Shown: positions 39,627 through 48,650, counted from the first letter of the stretch. The stretch is 64,000 nucleotides of DNA from an uncultured virus (IMG/VR IMGVR_UViG_3300025848_000036) (IMGVR_UViG_3300025848_000036); one strand, 5' to 3'. Made by a program: numbers and translations. The notes: generated from the sequence alone by a model not told the origin.

Positions 39627-40030
39627 TGTTAAACTTTATACTATTTATTATTTTCTTTTTAGTTTTAATGTCGTCATTGTTTTATAATATTATTGCAACA
39701 TTAAAAATAAAAAAATTAATTCAAAGTTTGTTTCAAGTAAATCTAGATTATTTTATAGTGGCGGATCAATTAAAAAAATCTAATATTGCAGATAACGAAG
39801 GGTTTACTAACTTTTTATTAAAATCAAGAGACGATGCGTTTGTTTATATAGAGGTTGTTCAGCAAGCACTGAACAAATTCAAGGATGAGGTTGGTCCAGT
39901 AGTAGATTACCACAAAAAATATGGTGACGTAATATGGACACCAAACATTAATAGTTTAAATAGACTAGTGACAGCGTATGAAGAATTGATGTTGTTGTTG
40001 CCAAAAGAAGAAGACGAACAATCGTCCTAA
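39626..40030 (+). CDS. Membrane-anchored hypothetical protein
   Basis: N-terminal TM helix. Confidence 0.55.
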   Translation: MLNFILFIIFFLVLMSSLFYNIIATLKIKKLIQSLFQVNLDYFIVADQLKKSNIADNEGFTNFLLKSRDDAFVYIEVVQQALNKFKDEVGPVVDYHKKYGDVIWTPNINSLNRLVTAYEELMLLLPKEEDEQSS

Positions 40031-40047
40031 TATGATAGAATAGATAT

Positions 40048-40560
40048 ATGGATCCAAAAATAGTACATGGTGTTTTTACACTTGATAGGTTTGAGGAAGT
40101 TGTTTCATACTGTAAACGACTACTGTCTCATTCTGGTGTAAACAAACAACAAAGAACTATGTTTGATAGTATCAATAATCCAGTGCTACAAATGTTTGGA
40201 CAAGAACTTTTACCATTGGCAAGAGAACTATTTGACAATCCAAATCTTTCTTCTACTAAAACAACATTTGCACATTACGAAGGACATCAAGGTGTTCTTG
40301 GGAAGCACGTTGATTTAAATCCAACTGTATGTCTTTTGGATGTGTGTCTATATGAAAATTTGCCATGGGGAATCATGGTAGAAGATAAAGAATATGTTTT
40401 CCCACCAAACTCTGGTGTTGCTTTTAATTCAGGCAAACTAGAGCATTGGAGAAACACAAACCCCGACATTAACAATAATAAGACTGGTGTTCTTCTTGCA
40501 TACTTTGATGAACGACCATTAACTATATATAGCCAACCAGTAGGAGAGGTATTAGAGTGA
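40048..40560 (+). CDS. 2OG-Fe(II) oxygenase-like protein (leaderless)
   Basis: LGKHVD...HWR; TAGAAT ends 6 nt before the ATG. Confidence 0.6.
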   Translation: MDPKIVHGVFTLDRFEEVVSYCKRLLSHSGVNKQQRTMFDSINNPVLQMFGQELLPLARELFDNPNLSSTKTTFAHYEGHQGVLGKHVDLNPTVCLLDVCLYENLPWGIMVEDKEYVFPPNSGVAFNSGKLEHWRNTNPDINNNKTGVLLAYFDERPLTIYSQPVGEVLE

Positions 40561-41474
40561 AGAAGACAGATCCTTTTGTTTTAAGAAGTCTTGATGGTGG
40601 AATAGATGACGTATTTTACAACAAGTTCGATGCGACTTGGGGTAAGATGAACGGTATTTTAACTACACAAAGACATTGGACAAGAATTCCAATTGAGATT
40701 GCAGATGATGATGGCACAGTAGATTATAACTACAATGATGATTTTTTTAGATGTGATAACTTTACCGCAGACCATTCAAATGAAAAGCATATTTTGTTTG
40801 CTGGTTGTTCTCAAACTGAAGGTGTTGGTGCGCCACAGGAAACGGTATGGACAAAAGTTTTATTAAATAATCTTAATAAGAAGAATAATACTAATAACGG
40901 TTTTTATAGCATTGGCAAATCTGGATATGGATGGCAAAAGGTTATAACCACATACATGATTTATATTGAAAAATATGGTGCTCCAGAGTATATGTTTGTT
41001 TTATTACCAAACTTAGGTAGATTCTATGACTGGGATCAAGAAAATGAAAAGTATGTATATGTACAGAGATACCCAAATGGTGGCGGAGTAAGCACTGACC
41101 AACTAGATGAATCTAAGGTTCCAGATTTCTTATTGATTGAAAAGCCTTTTACACTTCTTGAGCATCGTAAATGCTTTATAGATTTTGCAATTAGTTGGAA
41201 ATTATTTGAAAAGTTTTGTGAGTCAATGGGCACTAAGTTGTTATGGGGTTCATGGGATTATCAAGAAAATGTAAACTATAAGTTTGCAGATCTATCTTCA
41301 AACTATATTGACATATCAGATGAAGAGTTGCTAGACTTTATTAGAGAGAAAAGACCAGATGGCAAGATTGAAAAGTTTGATCTAAATAGAAGAGATGGTC
41401 ACGCAGGTACTCTTGTAAATGAATACTGGGCTGCAAAGTTCCAGAAAGAAATAGAAAAACGAGGTTGGTTATGA
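40557..41474 (+). CDS. SGNH-like hypothetical protein
   Basis: HILFAGCSQTEGVG...RDGHAG; paralog of 17234..18013. Confidence 0.55.
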   Translation: MKKTDPFVLRSLDGGIDDVFYNKFDATWGKMNGILTTQRHWTRIPIEIADDDGTVDYNYNDDFFRCDNFTADHSNEKHILFAGCSQTEGVGAPQETVWTKVLLNNLNKKNNTNNGFYSIGKSGYGWQKVITTYMIYIEKYGAPEYMFVLLPNLGRFYDWDQENEKYVYVQRYPNGGGVSTDQLDESKVPDFLLIEKPFTLLEHRKCFIDFAISWKLFEKFCESMGTKLLWGSWDYQENVNYKFADLSSNYIDISDEELLDFIREKRPDGKIEKFDLNRRDGHAGTLVNEYWAAKFQKEIEKRGWL

Positions 41475-41550
41475 TTAAAAAAATAATTCAGTGGTACAGA
41501 TTTAGAAAAATTAAAAAAGAAATACGTAAGCCAAGAAAGTTTATTTATTA

Positions 41551-41709
41551 ATGAAAGATATATTACTATCAATAATCACAGGTTTTGGATGTGGCGTTGC
41601 ATTTGCTGCGTTCAAATTACCAGTTCCAGCACCACCAGTATTTGCAGGAGTTGCAGGTATTGTAGGTTTATGGGCTGGTTACTATGTCATAACACACTAT
41701 ATTTCTTAG
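41551..41709 (+). CDS. XapX/DUF1427 membrane protein (not in ORF track)
   Basis: MKDILLSIITGFGCGVAFAAFKLPVPAPPVFAGVAGIVGLWAGYYVITHYIS; PVPAPP motif. Confidence 0.8.
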   Translation: MKDILLSIITGFGCGVAFAAFKLPVPAPPVFAGVAGIVGLWAGYYVITHYIS

Positions 41710-41717
41710 GAGGAAAA

Positions 41718-41987
41718 ATGACAACTGAACAACTAAAGGCAATGCTTGCATCATACGGACGATCAGTTCTAGGTGCTGCAATTGCTCTATATATGTCTGG
41801 GGTAACAGACCCTAAGACACTTGCCTATTCATTGGTGGCTGCTGTTGCGCCTGTTGCGCTAAGAGCAATTAACCCCAATGATAAGGCTTTTGGTAGATTG
41901 CCAGCGGAAGAAGACGTTGCTGCAGCATTAACATCTGTAAAGGTTAAAAAGGCTCCAGCAAAGAAGGCAACAACAAAGAAAAACTAA
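41718..41987 (+). CDS. Holin-like membrane protein
   Basis: SD AGGAGG; SYGRSVLGAA...LRAINPNDKAFG; basic tail. Confidence 0.6.
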   Translation: MTTEQLKAMLASYGRSVLGAAIALYMSGVTDPKTLAYSLVAAVAPVALRAINPNDKAFGRLPAEEDVAAALTSVKVKKAPAKKATTKKN

Positions 41988-41989
41988 AT

Positions 41990-42041
41990 AAAAATAAACA
42001 GGCTAGGTAGTTTAATTACATATCTAGCCTGTTTTTATTTT
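41990..42041. terminator. Bidirectional terminator between convergent genes
   Basis: AAACAGGCTAG/CTAGCCTGTTT stem flanked by A and T runs. Confidence 0.8.
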
Positions 42042-42742
42042 TAAAACAATGATTTAAAGATTGGTTTGTATGGAAATTCTAGGCCTTCTCGTCTCATATT
42101 GGCTTCTTTTTCATCTCCAAAATACAAGAACGATACAACAGTCCATCTTGGATTTCCACCAGTGATTTCATGAATCTTATGCTCATAAGAATAAGCAGAT
42201 GGGAAAAGAAATAGTTGACCAGCCTTTGGTTTAACTGTTACTCCAAAGTGAATAAACTCTAATTCTCCACCTTCGTAGTCATCGTTTGGATAATAAACTA
42301 AAGATATTGTTCTTGGTGTTGCATATGTATCATCAGAATGTGCACCAAACCATTCTCCATTTGAATATCTTGTAATGCGTAAACTTTCACGACTCTTTGG
42401 ATCTAGATTCCAATGAAAGCAGTATGAATCAATAACGCCTCTGAGTGCATCATTTGCTTCTGGGTATGTATGTATCCAGCAAGTGTCTGCTTGTTTTCCA
42501 TTTTCTCTAGTATATTCCTGATTGTCAAAGAAATCTTCTCTAACCCATTTTCTATAATTCTTATTACCTTCATGCTTATCCCAAAACTCCTTATCCAATA
42601 GTGAATTGAAAAAGTCCATAGAGTTTTCCCAAACATTATCATAAATATGAACTCCAGGGATAGGGGATGTAAAACTATACTTGTTACCTTGTTGGTCTAC
42701 TGTAAAACCTTGAGCAGCCTGTTCTAGTCGTTGTTGATCCAT
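42041..42742 (-). CDS. Prolyl-4-hydroxylase-like 2OG-Fe(II) oxygenase
   Basis: HSD, YPNDDYEGGEL, HKIHE..RW. Confidence 0.85.
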   Translation of the reverse strand: MDQQRLEQAAQGFTVDQQGNKYSFTSPIPGVHIYDNVWENSMDFFNSLLDKEFWDKHEGNKNYRKWVREDFFDNQEYTRENGKQADTCWIHTYPEANDALRGVIDSYCFHWNLDPKSRESLRITRYSNGEWFGAHSDDTYATPRTISLVYYPNDDYEGGELEFIHFGVTVKPKAGQLFLFPSAYSYEHKIHEITGGNPRWTVVSFLYFGDEKEANMRREGLEFPYKPIFKSLF

Positions 42743-42784
42743 AGTTACCTTTCGACATTACCATTATATCATGCTATAATTATA

Positions 42785-42833
42785 GTACCTGCCCAGATTG
42801 GGGGGTATTTAACTCGCTTAAAAGGAGAAAAAT
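42785..42833 (+). promoter_or_regulatory. ROSE-like RNA thermometer in the hsp20 leader
   Basis: A 5' hairpin followed by CUCGCU-UAAA-AGGAG, which pairs the SD with a bulged G. Confidence 0.6.
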
Positions 42834-43238
42834 ATGGTTAAATCAGCACTGGATCTTTTTAATGATCCATTTTTTAATACCTTCAGCACAATTGCAAAGG
42901 TACAAAATACAACAAACTATCCACCTTATAATCAAATCAAATTAAATGATAAGGAATATATCCTTTCATTTGCTTTGGCTGGATTTACTAAGGATGATGT
43001 TTCTATCTCGCTAGACAATCGCAAACTTACAATTAGGGGCGAAAACAAGGGGATGGAATTACCAGAGGGTGCAGAGTATCTACATAAAGGAATTGCTACA
43101 CGCAAGTTCACAGATATCTTCACACTTCCTGAGTTTGTTGAAGTTGTTGGGGCTGAATTCAAGGACGGTATATTGAATGTCCTACTTGAAAAGCAAATCC
43201 CAGAAGATAAACTACCAAAGACTATTGAAATTCAGTAG
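42834..43238 (+). CDS. hsp20: Small heat-shock protein (Hsp20/IbpA-like)
   Basis: NYPPYN, ALAGF, YLHKGIATRKF, AEFKDGILNV. Confidence 0.93.
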   Translation: MVKSALDLFNDPFFNTFSTIAKVQNTTNYPPYNQIKLNDKEYILSFALAGFTKDDVSISLDNRKLTIRGENKGMELPEGAEYLHKGIATRKFTDIFTLPEFVEVVGAEFKDGILNVLLEKQIPEDKLPKTIEIQ

Positions 43239-43249
43239 TACAATATAAA

Positions 43250-43382
43250 TGTCGGGGGAGACAGCGACACTAAATACCTGGCATGCCTCACACAGGACCT
43301 TAGAGATGGATTAGTTACCTATCTATATGACCAACGGGCCATCGTGCTTGAATTACCTGTGTGAGGCTCTTAACATTTAGCG
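43250..43382 (+). ncRNA. Candidate structured non-coding RNA
   Basis: Perfect 12-bp stem 43285-43296/43356-43367 plus additional hairpins; no ORF with its own start signal. Confidence 0.4.
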
Positions 43383-43396
43383 GTATAATAATATTA

Positions 43397-43666
43397 ATGT
43401 CTGAGAAAAAGTTGGACCACGCAAAGAAGCAAGAGTATAAAAGAAAACTTGCTGAATTGAAAGAAAAGGCTGGCTGCAAAGATTGTGGCGTTAAAAATCA
43501 CATCATATTAGACTTTGATCATCTCAGGGACAAAAGATACAACATCTCACGTATGGTTCATGATGGTTTTTCCTGGAAGGCCATTTTGAAAGAAATAGAC
43601 AAATGTGAGGTAGTATGTGCCAATTGCCATAGAATTAGGACACATAATAGGTTTTTAGAACCATAG
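43397..43666 (+). CDS. HNH endonuclease (leaderless)
   Basis: CKDC, FDH, CANCH; TATAAT ends 7 nt before ATG43397. Confidence 0.85.
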   Translation: MSEKKLDHAKKQEYKRKLAELKEKAGCKDCGVKNHIILDFDHLRDKRYNISRMVHDGFSWKAILKEIDKCEVVCANCHRIRTHNRFLEP

Positions 43667-43680
43667 TGTATAATATTAGG

Positions 43681-44130
43681 GTGGAAGAATTAATTCAAAT
43701 GCTTAAAAGCCTTTTGGCAGATACCGTTGCCCTAAGACACAAAGCGCATGGATTTCATTGGAATGTAGAAGGTGACGATTTCCCTCAATATCATGCATTC
43801 TTTGAAATGCTTTATAGTGATTATGATAGTGCAATTGACCCATTAGCAGAATATATTCGTGCATTAGATTCTTATGCACCCTTTAGACTTTCAAGATTTG
43901 TAGAACTTACAAGTGTTCCAGATACAGATGTTACATCAGACCCTATGGTAATGGTTACAGATTTAAAAATGTCAAATGACATGGTAACAGCAAAATTAAT
44001 TGCAGCATTTGATATTGCTACTGCTGCCAAAAAACAAGGTATTGCAAACTTCCTTGCTGATAGACAATCACAACATGAAAAGTGGTCCTGGCAAATGAGA
44101 TCTATCCTTAAAGAAAATGAGATAGACTAA
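43681..44130 (+). CDS. dps: Dps/ferritin-like protein
   Basis: HWNVEG..F..YH..FE, LAEYIRAL, HEKWSWQM. Confidence 0.88.
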   Translation: MEELIQMLKSLLADTVALRHKAHGFHWNVEGDDFPQYHAFFEMLYSDYDSAIDPLAEYIRALDSYAPFRLSRFVELTSVPDTDVTSDPMVMVTDLKMSNDMVTAKLIAAFDIATAAKKQGIANFLADRQSQHEKWSWQMRSILKENEID

Positions 44131-44630
44131 TGCCATATAACGTTGGTGCTAAAGGATCACATGGATGCTCTGGTTATCCAGTAGTTGATGATAAGGGAAA
44201 AGCGGTTGGATGTCATCCCACAAGAGCAAAAGCAGTTAATCATTTACAAGCATTATATGCAAATGTTCCAGATGCCAGAGGAAAGTTTGACGGTACTGGA
44301 CAAGAAATTGGAGATTATAATCCACCAATTCCTTCACCATTACAAAACACAGAAGGCATTATAGAATGTCAATATGATGGATGTGGTTGCGCTACATGTA
44401 TAAAATTAAATGTATGCTGCGATGCTTGTCCAGATTGTCAAGCAAATGAAATGAAATCAGATTGTTGTCCAGATTTAAATAAGAAATCACCTTGTTGGGA
44501 TGGCTATGTTCAAAGAGGGATGAAAGAACAGAATGGTAAAATGGTTCCAAATTGTGTTCCAGTAAATAAAAAAGTCTTTGAAGGATTTGGTAGAGTAATA
44601 TCAAAAACAGAAAGAGTTAAGGGTTGGTAA
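44130..44630 (+). CDS. Mosaic Cys-rich protein
   Basis: N-terminal GCH...ALYAN motif, central Cys cluster, C-terminal CWDGY...VPNCVP motif. Confidence 0.55.
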   Translation: MPYNVGAKGSHGCSGYPVVDDKGKAVGCHPTRAKAVNHLQALYANVPDARGKFDGTGQEIGDYNPPIPSPLQNTEGIIECQYDGCGCATCIKLNVCCDACPDCQANEMKSDCCPDLNKKSPCWDGYVQRGMKEQNGKMVPNCVPVNKKVFEGFGRVISKTERVKGW

Positions 44631-44631
44631 T

Positions 44632-44793
44632 ATGTCATCACGTCGTTCATCAGGATCTTATAGCAAACACCATGGATTTAATCCAATTCAAATCAAGAAT
44701 GGCATGATTGTTCGTCTTCGTAAAGATGGAACAATTAAAACTGTGCTTGGCAAATATGGTGAATACAAGGGCAAAAAAGAAAAATCTGCTTAG
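44632..44793 (+). CDS. Small basic protein (not in ORF track)
   Basis: MSSRRSSGSYSKHHGFNPIQIKNGMIVRLRKDGTIKTVLGKYGEYKGKKEKSA. Confidence 0.55.
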   Translation: MSSRRSSGSYSKHHGFNPIQIKNGMIVRLRKDGTIKTVLGKYGEYKGKKEKSA

Positions 44794-45467
44794 GAATTTC
44801 TTTTTAAATAAATATCGTAAAACCCTAAATTATGAAGTGCTAATGCATCAACAGACCAATTTGGGTGAAGATGTAGGAACCAATTAACTGTTTGAAATGT
44901 TCCATAAAGTTGATCTTCAATTATTCCATCGTAAATAAGGTAATCATTCATACCAACAACACCACCTATTGCTGTTCTTTCACTTGCAAGTTGTAAACAG
45001 GCCTTTGTTGTTTTTCTTTCATTTGTTATATCAATATAAATAAAGTCATATTCTTCATCTAGCGTTTGCATAACTGCAGTGGCATTACCTTGTAATGTTC
45101 GAACATTTTTATAGTTTTTAAATTTATCTTTAATATATTGTTCGTGTGTTTCTGGCAGGTACAGTAATTCATGCTTCATTCCATCACACTGACAAGATCC
45201 AAATTGTCTCCAAGACCAGCACTTCAAATCTTGGTTATACAAATCAAGTAAATCAATTTTAGATGCCTCACTTGTACCAGCAAACAATTCTGCAGAATAT
45301 CCCCATGCAACACCTACTTCTAAATACCTGATACCTTTTGGTAAGGCCTTAGCATATTCTTCACGAGAAGAATACAGTTTGGCATTATTTAGTTGTGCTT
45401 GACTAATCTTGGGTGAATGCTCAACTTCGTCTTTACCGTTTGGAGTTTCTACTGGTTTTTTAGCCAT
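44790..45467 (-). CDS. Class I SAM methyltransferase (Methyltransf_24-like)
   Basis: LEVGVAWG, YDFIYID, GMNDY. Confidence 0.75.
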   Translation of the reverse strand: MAKKPVETPNGKDEVEHSPKISQAQLNNAKLYSSREEYAKALPKGIRYLEVGVAWGYSAELFAGTSEASKIDLLDLYNQDLKCWSWRQFGSCQCDGMKHELLYLPETHEQYIKDKFKNYKNVRTLQGNATAVMQTLDEEYDFIYIDITNERKTTKACLQLASERTAIGGVVGMNDYLIYDGIIEDQLYGTFQTVNWFLHLHPNWSVDALALHNLGFYDIYLKRNS

Positions 45468-46158
45468 AATGTTTTTGCCTTTCGTATATTTTTTTTACAG
45501 CATCATTATAATTTTCCATTGCAAGTGGCAACAATTTATTGTTTTTAACAATATCTACAGCATCATAATACACTTCTGGCTTTTTTGCAACAGGTGTGGC
45601 ATTATTATAACCTACATCACCTTTATCGTGTATTCTAATTTGTTTATTGATCTTGTCAAGTAATTCTGGCAATTCATCATTTGAATATAGATAGTATTCC
45701 ACATCAAAATTATCCATTATTGACTGCACTACAAACTCAATATCAGAAATAACCTGATTAAAAGTAAATGGATAAAGGTTATCAATGTTTTGCACTACTC
45801 CATCTACCCATCTTTTATAAACTGTGAATTGATGATTAATTAAATTATTTAATTCTAATTTGCCCATATGCTCATGTGGCATTGCAACACCAACAGTTGT
45901 TGTACCACCCAAACCACCCATTGTTTTTGTTACTACTGATGGAATGATTTGATCTGGACTCCTTAAAATAGTTGTCTGAATTGCATTATCAAATTTTCCC
46001 AACAACATTGCTGGTGTATTTGCTCTTGTAATAAATTGATCCTCAATATCATCAAAACTTATTTTAGGATCTCTGTTAAGTGAATTTATCAAGACCGTTT
46101 GTAACCAAGCATGTGCACTTCTTGGACAAGAATTAATTATGATTCTTACTTTATCCAA
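45460..46158 (-). CDS. Sulfotransferase-like protein
   Basis: SCPRSAHAWL (5'-PSB-like) and LRSPDQIIPS (3'-PB-like). Confidence 0.5.
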   Translation of the reverse strand: MDKVRIIINSCPRSAHAWLQTVLINSLNRDPKISFDDIEDQFITRANTPAMLLGKFDNAIQTTILRSPDQIIPSVVTKTMGGLGGTTTVGVAMPHEHMGKLELNNLINHQFTVYKRWVDGVVQNIDNLYPFTFNQVISDIEFVVQSIMDNFDVEYYLYSNDELPELLDKINKQIRIHDKGDVGYNNATPVAKKPEVYYDAVDIVKNNKLLPLAMENYNDAVKKIYERQKHYG

Positions 46159-46159
46159 C

Positions 46160-46825
46160 TTATCCCCTTGGTTTAAAATCTACAAACTTTGACCATTGAG
46201 ATAATGTATATCTAACGCCCTCAGTAATTGGTGCCACACCATGAACATAGTGTAAATTTCCAGGGAACGTAATAATCATTCCCTTTTTAGGTCTAATAGC
46301 ATAATCTAATTCTGGAAAATATAATTCTCCACCCTCATATTCATCATTTAAATAAGTAAGTATTGATAAGTGACCGCTCCATAAATATGGAAAACGTTCT
46401 AATTGTGATTCATATGTATCATTTTCATAATCTGGATTATCAATATCTAAGATATCTGTATGAGGATCAATATATGTACCTTTTGGATGAACTATATATA
46501 AAAACATTTGATCACGGACTAATGTAAGTCCATATAATTTTTCAGCAGTTTCAACCATCCTTTTACCCATCATAATGCCAAATGCTTTTTCATTTTCATA
46601 TGGTCCACGATAATCTTTGTGTGTATGAATTGGGTATGAGTGTGTTGCTTCAAAATTGACTGGAAGATTAGAAATAATTTTCATTGCTGTAGCACATTCT
46701 TCATCGGAAATGAAATTTTCTATTACTTTAATGTTGTCTACCCCAGTACCTATGATTGCACTGATATTATCTATCTTTTTTAGTTCTGATCTTGGTCTAT
46801 ACCAATCTGGTGTTAATGGATGCAT
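46160..46825 (-). CDS. Prolyl-4-hydroxylase-like 2OG-Fe(II) oxygenase (leaderless)
   Basis: HTD, YLNDEYEGGEL, HGVAPITEGVRY. Confidence 0.85.
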   Translation of the reverse strand: MHPLTPDWYRPRSELKKIDNISAIIGTGVDNIKVIENFISDEECATAMKIISNLPVNFEATHSYPIHTHKDYRGPYENEKAFGIMMGKRMVETAEKLYGLTLVRDQMFLYIVHPKGTYIDPHTDILDIDNPDYENDTYESQLERFPYLWSGHLSILTYLNDEYEGGELYFPELDYAIRPKKGMIITFPGNLHYVHGVAPITEGVRYTLSQWSKFVDFKPRG

Positions 46826-46860
46826 GTATCTATTCTACCATAGTTTGGTATAATGGTTAG

Positions 46861-47610
46861 ATGGATAAAATAGTAGCAATGCGTGAAGAAATGGTCAAGC
46901 AAAGCATGGAAAATAATGGCGAGTTATGTACTTGTGATTGTGGCAAACCAAAATTTCCTCTTACCAGTACTAAACAAATTAGGTCCATATCCCCTGCACA
47001 AACACGTGGTACAAAAATTTTAGAAAAACGAGAAAGTATTATAGATGTTTTACAAAATACTCAGAGATCTTTAAATGTAATGGAAGTTGGAGTTATGGCT
47101 GGTGACTTTGCCGAACTTATGTATAATAATTTAAAGATAAATAAATTAGTTCTTGTAGATCCTTTTAATAATATTGATGAAATGTCATTAGATGGAAATC
47201 GAAGATTTAATAGAGAAACAAATTTAGAATTTGTTAAACAAAGATTTCAAAATAAAAATAATGTTGAGATTCTTCAAGGGTATTCTAGGAAGGTGCTTCC
47301 TACAAATTTTTTGGGAACAAATAATAATGATAAATTTGATTTTATTTATATAGATTCAAATCATGAGTTTTTTAATACATATAACGAAATTTTGTATTCA
47401 GCACAACTAACCAAAACAACTGGAATAATTGGAATAGATGATTACACTTTAAGTTTAAATGATCCACTTTATGTATGTGAAGTTATGCAGGCAGTTACTC
47501 AATTTTTAGATACAAACAGAGATTGGAAAGTTGCCTATTATTCATTTAATGATGCAGGAATTCCTAACATATACCTATCTAGATATTTTGAAGATGAGTA
47601 CCCCCAGTAG
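46861..47610 (+). CDS. Class I SAM methyltransferase (Methyltransf_24-like, leaderless)
   Basis: MEVGVMAG, FDFIYIDSNH, GIDDY. Confidence 0.8.
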   Translation: MDKIVAMREEMVKQSMENNGELCTCDCGKPKFPLTSTKQIRSISPAQTRGTKILEKRESIIDVLQNTQRSLNVMEVGVMAGDFAELMYNNLKINKLVLVDPFNNIDEMSLDGNRRFNRETNLEFVKQRFQNKNNVEILQGYSRKVLPTNFLGTNNNDKFDFIYIDSNHEFFNTYNEILYSAQLTKTTGIIGIDDYTLSLNDPLYVCEVMQAVTQFLDTNRDWKVAYYSFNDAGIPNIYLSRYFEDEYPQ

Positions 47611-47670
47611 GATTCGAACCTACGACTTACTGCTTAGAAGGCAGTTACTCTTCCGCTGAGTTATGGAGGT
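47599..47670 (-). tRNA. tRNA-Arg(TCT)
   Basis: Reverse-complement cloverleaf; anticodon loop CTTCTAA. Confidence 0.92.
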
Positions 47671-47674
47671 ATAG

Positions 47675-47747
47675 TGCCCCTGGTTGGATTCGAACCAACG
47701 CTGAATGAATTTTAAGTCCACCACCTCTACCGCTGGGTTACAAGGGC
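47675..47747 (-). tRNA. tRNA-Leu(TAA), short variable arm
   Basis: GCCCTTG/CAGGGGC acceptor stem; anticodon loop CTTAAAA; 5-nt variable loop. Confidence 0.88.
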
Positions 47748-47750
47748 TTG

Positions 47751-47821
47751 TTCTCTCATCTAGACTCGAACTAAAACTAAAGGCTTCAAAGGCCTCTGTG
47801 CTGCCATTACACCATGAGAGA
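47751..47821 (-). tRNA. tRNA-Gln(TTG)
   Basis: TCTCTCA/TGAGAGA acceptor stem; anticodon loop CTTTGAA. Confidence 0.9.
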
Positions 47822-47828
47822 TTATTGA

Positions 47829-48032
47829 TTAAGAAGAATGCGATCCATCACAAAATGGATATTTTTTAGATCTGGTGCAGGTGCAATTTTTCTTTTTCTT
47901 AATATTATCAATGTTTGTAATGATGGTTTTTCCATCTTGTAATTTAAGTTCTACTGTATGAACTTCTATTTTGGTAATTTGGGCAGGTATTTGTTGATCA
48001 ACCAATAATACCCATTCATCATTCTTAAACAT
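47829..48032 (-). CDS. CDGSH iron-sulfur domain protein
   Basis: CTCTRSKKYPFCDGSH; start ATG48032 after AAGGAG. Confidence 0.8.
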   Translation of the reverse strand: MFKNDEWVLLVDQQIPAQITKIEVHTVELKLQDGKTIITNIDNIKKKKNCTCTRSKKYPFCDGSHSS

Positions 48033-48507
48033 TTTGCTCCTTATGTGTTGCCCAATAATACAAGCATCGATCACAACAAGGTACATTAAATGCATCATCT
48101 TTAGCAGAAGCAAAAGAGGCATAAATAATAGGATCTTTTCTGTAAAGGTTTGCCCTATGTGTTGCAGTTACACGTTGTACATGCTGTGGCTTAGCCCATA
48201 CAGGCTCATTATCTCCCCACAAATGCCCATGAGAACGTTGAAGTTCTCTAAGGTTAGATACGTTCTTGTCGGTTTTAATACCACGCCATTCAGCCTCATA
48301 GACCATGTGATCGATATAATTTATAAGGGAGCGTTCAGCATTTTTCCACATAAGAACTGCTGGATGATTACGCCAAGCACCAGAAGGTGAAGCACCAGAT
48401 AAAACTTTGAGAATCTGATAGCCCTCAAGAATTTGTTTGTTAAGTCGTTTGTTATCCAATACTTGTGCTGAGTATTCGTAGTCTGAACCTGGTAAAAATG
48501 TTTGCAT
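48025..48507 (-). CDS. Pyrimidine-dimer DNA glycosylase-like protein (MSMEG_6728/Pyr_excise family)
   Basis: MQTFLP, LDNKRLNKQILE, WRNHPAVLMW, HRANLYRKDP. Confidence 0.8.
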   Translation of the reverse strand: MQTFLPGSDYEYSAQVLDNKRLNKQILEGYQILKVLSGASPSGAWRNHPAVLMWKNAERSLINYIDHMVYEAEWRGIKTDKNVSNLRELQRSHGHLWGDNEPVWAKPQHVQRVTATHRANLYRKDPIIYASFASAKDDAFNVPCCDRCLYYWATHKEQNV

Positions 48508-48650
48508 TAGAAGTATTCCTCATCGTCATCTTCGGATATATCAAGTATATCTGAATCTAGCAATCGTGTCAAGGTGGCAGCAGCATAAATAAATAATGAA
48601 ACAAAAATTCCTACAAATGCTGTAAAAACTATAATAAGATTCTTTTTCAT
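48507..48650 (-). CDS. Small membrane protein
   Basis: MKKNLIIVF... with a TM helix and acidic tail. Confidence 0.5.
   Translation of the reverse strand: MKKNLIIVFTAFVGIFVSLFIYAAATLTRLLDSDILDISEDDDEEYF

Noticed and set aside
43250..43666. HEARO/OMEGA (IscB) system or SAM-I riboswitch
   Set aside because: The HNH is only 89 aa with no RuvC or PLMP domain and has its own promoter. The RNA lacks the SAM-I core AUC/GCAACC elements. It is kept only as an unknown RNA.
47751..47821. Possible opal suppressor tRNA (TTCAAA visible on the + strand) or alternative genetic code
   Set aside because: The tRNA is on the - strand with anticodon TTG (Gln). Core genes are intact in code 11 and use all three stop codons.
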